Source of the DNA: a bacterium
Lineage (GTDB): Bacteria; UBA8248
DNA length: 64,000 nt
Direction: 5' to 3'
NCBI GenBank assembly: GCA_965242545.1
Contig: OZ251456.1
Coordinates: 21,146 to 85,145, forward strand
Below, piece by piece: positions 60,300 to 64,000 of the stretch (position 1 is the stretch's first letter; each line of letters opens with the position of its first letter). The notes below the pieces were generated by a model. It was not told the origin of the DNA and did no database searches. It was given only the letters and a program-made list of their open reading frames with translations. The position numbers and the translations under genes are program-made.

Positions 60300-61085
60300 C
60301 TAGCGGCCCTTGTATTCGGGAGGGCGCTTTTCGGCGTAGGCCCTGAGCGCCTCGCGTCCGTCTTCGGTCGCCATGCAGATGGCGTAGAGTTTGCGCTCGT
60401 AGTCGATGCCCGTCAGCAGGTCCGTCTCCGTCGAGCGCAAAACGGCGTCGCGCCCGGCGACGAAGGCCATGGGCGCCTGCGCGCCCAGCTCGCGCGCCAG
60501 CGCCTTCGCGCGGGACAGCAGGTCGGCCTGCGGCATGACCTCGGTGACCAAGCCGATGGCGCGTGCGGTTTGGGCGTCGATGCGTCGTCCGGTCAGCACC
60601 ATCTGCATGGCCCAGCCGAGACCCACGAACCGGGAGAGGCGCTGCGTGCCGCCGGAGCCCGGAATCTGGCCGAAGTTGATTTCCGGCTGCGCGAGCAGGG
60701 CGTTCTCGCTCGCGATGCGAATGGTGCATCCCATGGCGAATTCCAGTCCGGCGCCGAAGCAGTAGCCGTTGATCGCGGCGACGGTCGGCTTGCCGAGACG
60801 CTCCACTGCGGTTGGCAGGTCTTTTCTGAGCGTCGCCGCCGGCCCCATTTCCGAGACCAGCGTTCGCTGCTCCAGCTCCGGGATGTTGGTGCCGGCGCAA
60901 AACGCCTTGTCCCCGTGTCCGGTGAACACGATGGCCTTGACCGCGTCGGCGACTTCGGCGCGGCGAACGCAGTCCAGCAGATCGACCCGCATCTGGTGGG
61001 TCATGGCGTTTCGCCGCTCGGGCCGGTGCAGGGTGACGATCAGCAAGTCCCCGTCCATTTCGGTCAGCACGTTCTCGTAGGGCAT
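60300..61085 (-). CDS. enoyl-CoA hydratase/isomerase family protein
   Basis: MPYENVLTEMDGDLLIVTLHRPERRNAM...; GGAGG SD upstream. Confidence 0.8.
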   Translation of the reverse strand: MPYENVLTEMDGDLLIVTLHRPERRNAMTHQMRVDLLDCVRRAEVADAVKAIVFTGHGDKAFCAGTNIPELEQRTLVSEMGPAATLRKDLPTAVERLGKPTVAAINGYCFGAGLEFAMGCTIRIASENALLAQPEINFGQIPGSGGTQRLSRFVGLGWAMQMVLTGRRIDAQTARAIGLVTEVMPQADLLSRAKALARELGAQAPMAFVAGRDAVLRSTETDLLTGIDYERKLYAICMATEDGREALRAYAEKRPPEYKGR

Positions 61086-61204
61086 GGGAGAGCCGCCTCC
61101 TCGTTCCGTAGAATTTTCGCGCCGACGCTCGCCGCGGCCCTGCATCTGCGCGCCGTCCGCTTTCCTTGGCCGCGCGGGGATTTCCGCCGGGCGCCCGAAC
61201 CTGC

Positions 61205-62380
61205 TTAGGCGCCCAGCTTCAGTTTGAGCCAGTCGAAAATCTCGTGCGCGTAAGGGGGGACATTGTCCATCTGGCAGTGCTGGGCGCCGGTTTCCGTCCC
61301 CTTGACGATTCGGAACGTTTTGTCCTTCGAGCCGACGGCCCGATAGAGCTTCCGCGCCTCGGCGAGGGATATCTGCTGGTCGCCCTCCCCGTGAATCAGG
61401 AAGAACGGACAGCGCATTTTCTGCGCTACGCCGTCGAGCTTGAAGCCTTCGAGCTTTTCGAGGGAATCCTCGGTGGATTCGGAGTCGAATATCCAGTTCA
61501 GATGATGGCCGGGAACCGAGAGCGCCGTCTTGTAGGCGGCGGCGATGCGTTCGCGCCATACTTTCTGATAATCCCAAATCGCCCCCCAGGCCACGCACGC
61601 CTTGAAGCGGCGCTCCATGCTGGCGCTTCTGGGCGCGTAGTAGCCGCCCAGGCTGATCGCCATGACGCCCGCGCGCTTCGCGTTCACGTCCTTCCTCGTC
61701 TCCAGATAATCAAGCGACGCCGCGCCCGCGGCTTCGTGGTCGTGCCGCAGGTAGAGCTTCCGGAAGCGGATGGCCTCCCCGTTTCCGGGCGCGTCCACGG
61801 CCAGCACGCTCATCCCCCGGCGCGCGAGGTCCTCCGCCCCCAGCAGGTATTGAATCTCCTTCGAGACGTCGAAGCCGTCAAAGGACACCACCACGGGCGG
61901 CTTCGCCTTTCTCGTGTTCCGCGCGTGGACGAGGAGGCCGGGCAGCGCCTTTTTCCCCTCAAAGGGGATTTCCACATGTTCAATGCGGGGAGCGTCCGTG
62001 ACCGCGGCGAAGCGCTTGAAGGAATCCAGCGACTTGCGGTAGGCGTCGTTCGCCGCCTTGTCCTTGGGCGTCCTGAAGCGCTCGCCGAGTTGATAGTAGA
62101 AGCAGGCGCGCTTGTGGAAGGCGGCGGCGGAGAGGGCGTTCTTTTTTCTGGCGGCGGCCATGCCCAGGGCGCGCATCCTGTCGCCCTCCTTCACCCATTC
62201 CGCGAACCAGGCGTCATCGTCGCCCACCTTGCCCGCCAGCCTTCGGCAGACGCGATCCGCCTCCCCCATCGTGGCGGCGCCCCAATAGGACGCGGAGCAG
62301 GCGATGCTCACGCCCGCGGACCAGCGGTAGTCATCCGGAAAATACGCGAACCAGGGTTCCTTGCCGACGGCTTTTGCCAT
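61205..62380 (-). CDS. alpha/beta hydrolase (DHPON-hydrolase-like), paralog of 44582..45796
   Basis: See paralog entry. Confidence 0.6.
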   Translation of the reverse strand: MAKAVGKEPWFAYFPDDYRWSAGVSIACSASYWGAATMGEADRVCRRLAGKVGDDDAWFAEWVKEGDRMRALGMAAARKKNALSAAAFHKRACFYYQLGERFRTPKDKAANDAYRKSLDSFKRFAAVTDAPRIEHVEIPFEGKKALPGLLVHARNTRKAKPPVVVSFDGFDVSKEIQYLLGAEDLARRGMSVLAVDAPGNGEAIRFRKLYLRHDHEAAGAASLDYLETRKDVNAKRAGVMAISLGGYYAPRSASMERRFKACVAWGAIWDYQKVWRERIAAAYKTALSVPGHHLNWIFDSESTEDSLEKLEGFKLDGVAQKMRCPFFLIHGEGDQQISLAEARKLYRAVGSKDKTFRIVKGTETGAQHCQMDNVPPYAHEIFDWLKLKLGA

Positions 62381-62575
62381 GGAAGATTTCTCCTTGCGGG
62401 AAGCGGAAATTGCCGTGAACGTCTTTCGACGATTACCTCATGGATAACTCCATCATATCACGCCGCCGCCATCGCCGCGAGGAGAGTCCGTCCGCAAGGC
62501 GCGCGGTCGTTTTTGTAGTAGGATATCGCCCGCCCTCCGGCCCGCTCGCTTCCCGCATGGAAACGCAAGGAGACG

Positions 62576-63256
62576 ATGATGACGCTATCCGATGAAACCC
62601 TCGCGCGGCTCAGGGAGCTGGACACGCCCACGGTGTCGAACGCGGTGGAATCCTTCGGCGTCCGACCCAGGAGCGCGGGCCACGCCGACGCGAGCGTCAG
62701 GTGTATGTTTCCCGAGATGGGGATTGCGCTCGGCTACGCCGTTACGTTCACGACGATCGAATACGCTCCGGGCGAGGCGCGCTCGAACGAGGAGCGCGCC
62801 GCGCTCTACCGCGCCGTGGCCGCCGCGCCCAAACCCTGCCTTCTCGTCCAGCAGGACGTGGGGCCCAAACCGCACTCGGCGTGCTTCTGGGGAGAGATCA
62901 TGTCGAACCTGTTCGTGAGGCTGGGCGCCGGGGGCGTGGTGACGGACGGGGTCGTGCGCGATTCGGACGCCATGCGCGAGGCGGGCTTCAAGACCTGGTG
63001 TGCGGGGACGACGGCCTCGCGCGGCGACGTGCGCGTGGCGTCCGTGAACGCCCCGATCTCGGTCGGTGGCATGGCCGTCCTCCCGGGCGATCTGATTCAC
63101 GCGGACGCGAGCGGGGTCGTCGTGGCGCCGAAAGAAATTGCGGGGGAGATTCCCGACGCCGCCCGGCGGGTGCTGGACAAGGAAGCCGAGGTTCTCGAAG
63201 CGATTCGGGACGGGAATTTCAGCCTGGATGACCTCATTCAGCGATTCTGGGGGTAG
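62576..63256 (+). CDS. RraA-family protein (RNase E inhibitor / HMG-CHA aldolase-like)
   Basis: ...GEIMSNLFVRLGAGGVVTDGVVRDSD... is an RraA/MenG-fold motif. Confidence 0.7.
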   Translation: MMTLSDETLARLRELDTPTVSNAVESFGVRPRSAGHADASVRCMFPEMGIALGYAVTFTTIEYAPGEARSNEERAALYRAVAAAPKPCLLVQQDVGPKPHSACFWGEIMSNLFVRLGAGGVVTDGVVRDSDAMREAGFKTWCAGTTASRGDVRVASVNAPISVGGMAVLPGDLIHADASGVVVAPKEIAGEIPDAARRVLDKEAEVLEAIRDGNFSLDDLIQRFWG

Positions 63257-63409
63257 GGGAGCGGGGGTCGCCCGTCCGTAAAAGGGGCATTTGTAGTAGG
63301 ATGATTCCCGACGGTGAAGGTGAAAAGACCTCATGCCGTCGCTTTTGGGGCAGGAATAAACATTGGATGATGGGCTAAAAAGACGCGGCGTTTTGGAAGG
63401 TAGCAGAGA

Positions 63410-63643
63410 TTGCGTATGAACCGGGACAAATCGCTTTTCCAAAAGATTCTCGGCGGCCGCTCGGACGGGAATATCCGCTTCGCCGACTTGCGCGGCCCGC
63501 TCCGGCATCTGGGGTTCACCGAAAGGGCGCGGGGAGCCATCACATACTCAGAAGGGAAGGCGTCGCCGAGAGAATCAATCTGCAGCGAGACGGTAGTCAG
63601 GCGAAACCCTATCAGACGCGGCAGGTTCGTCTGGTACTCCTGA
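63410..63643 (+). CDS. HicA-like toxin (possibly degenerate: GSHH replaced by GAIT)
   Basis: KSLFQKILGGRSDGNIRFADLRGPLRHLGFTERARGAITY aligns with HicA ...LL..L.....F.F.EL..LL...GF...R.RGSHH.F. Confidence 0.4.
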   Translation: MRMNRDKSLFQKILGGRSDGNIRFADLRGPLRHLGFTERARGAITYSEGKASPRESICSETVVRRNPIRRGRFVWYS

Positions 63644-63665
63644 AGCATGAGCTGGAGAAGGAGGA

Positions 63666-63881
63666 ATGATGGACAAATACGAGATTATTCTCTATTGGAT
63701 CAACGCGGACGAGGCCTTCGTGGCGGAAGTCCCGGAGCTGCCCGGTTGTGCGGCGCATGGCGACACGCAGGAAGACGCGCTCCAGAACGCCAACCAAGCG
63801 ATGGCTCTCTGGATCGAGACCGCGAGAGAGTTCGGCGATCCGATACCGGAACCCAAAGGCGAACGGCTGATGCTGGCATGA
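63666..63881 (+). CDS. HicB-like antitoxin (UPF0150 N-domain)
   Basis: YEIILYWINADEAFVAEVPELPGCAAHGDTQEDALQNANQAMALWIE matches the HicB N-terminal domain pattern. AGGAGG SD upstream. Confidence 0.5.
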   Translation: MMDKYEIILYWINADEAFVAEVPELPGCAAHGDTQEDALQNANQAMALWIETAREFGDPIPEPKGERLMLA

Positions 63882-64000
63882 AGGGGCGGGAAGAGGATCG
63901 CCGTTGCGCGGCAAGGTGAAGGACCGAGCGGGGTTGTTGCCTAACCGAATCGCTCACCTGAACAGCCGAACGGCTTTTCCATAAGTGTAGACCTGTGGCC

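Overview
High-GC (~68%) bacterial chromosomal window with two contrasting halves.

Bases 1-31,400 are accessory-like. A ~24-kb segment (7.4-31.4 kb) is bracketed by ~0.7-kb inverted repeats. These repeats sit directly 3-prime of two outward-facing, paralogous autotransporter genes: one of 464 aa and a giant one of ~2,200 aa. Each autotransporter gene has a simple-sequence repeat in its 5-prime region, a heptamer x10 and an octamer x12.5, so both are candidate phase-variable genes.

Inside the bracket:
- A 66-codon N-terminal remnant of a cas9 gene, truncated exactly at the edge of a palindromic repeat element.
- Next to it, a promoter-plus-terminator-delimited structured small RNA whose 5-prime end starts GUUUUAG. 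It is a possible tracrRNA or crRNA relic.
- An Aap-like amino-acid ABC transporter operon, an alanine/cation symporter, an MFS transporter, an alginate-lyase-like lipoprotein, and tandem paralogous secreted Cys-proteins.
- A dense family of modular palindromic (ATATAT-core) intergenic repeats. This family is absent from the second half of the window.

Outside the bracket on the left, the window holds an APC permease, hydrolases, a GT4 glycosyltransferase, pterin dehydratase and an LLM oxidoreductase. It also holds a PrdB/GrdB-family selenoprotein gene with an in-frame TGA (U-G-L-C-H-R motif).

Bases 31,400-64,000 are core-like. They contain the F-type ATP synthase operon atpF'FHAGDC and a large CoA-dependent catabolic cluster: crotonases, acyl-CoA synthetase, a CaiB transferase, HMG-CoA lyase, TPP E1 alpha/beta, FAH hydrolases, LLM oxidoreductases, DppBC-like permeases and DHPON-hydrolase-like paralogs.

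The most notable feature in this half is a ~3.3-kb lower-GC islet at 54.37-57.72 kb. It is flanked by ~60-bp direct repeats derived from the 3-prime end of a Rieske gene, and sits beside fused gene remnants. It encodes only a NurA-like nuclease and a HerA/FtsK-like ATPase, which is a candidate anti-phage defence module.

A HicA/HicB-like pair sits at the right edge. No rRNA, tRNA or bona fide CRISPR array was found.
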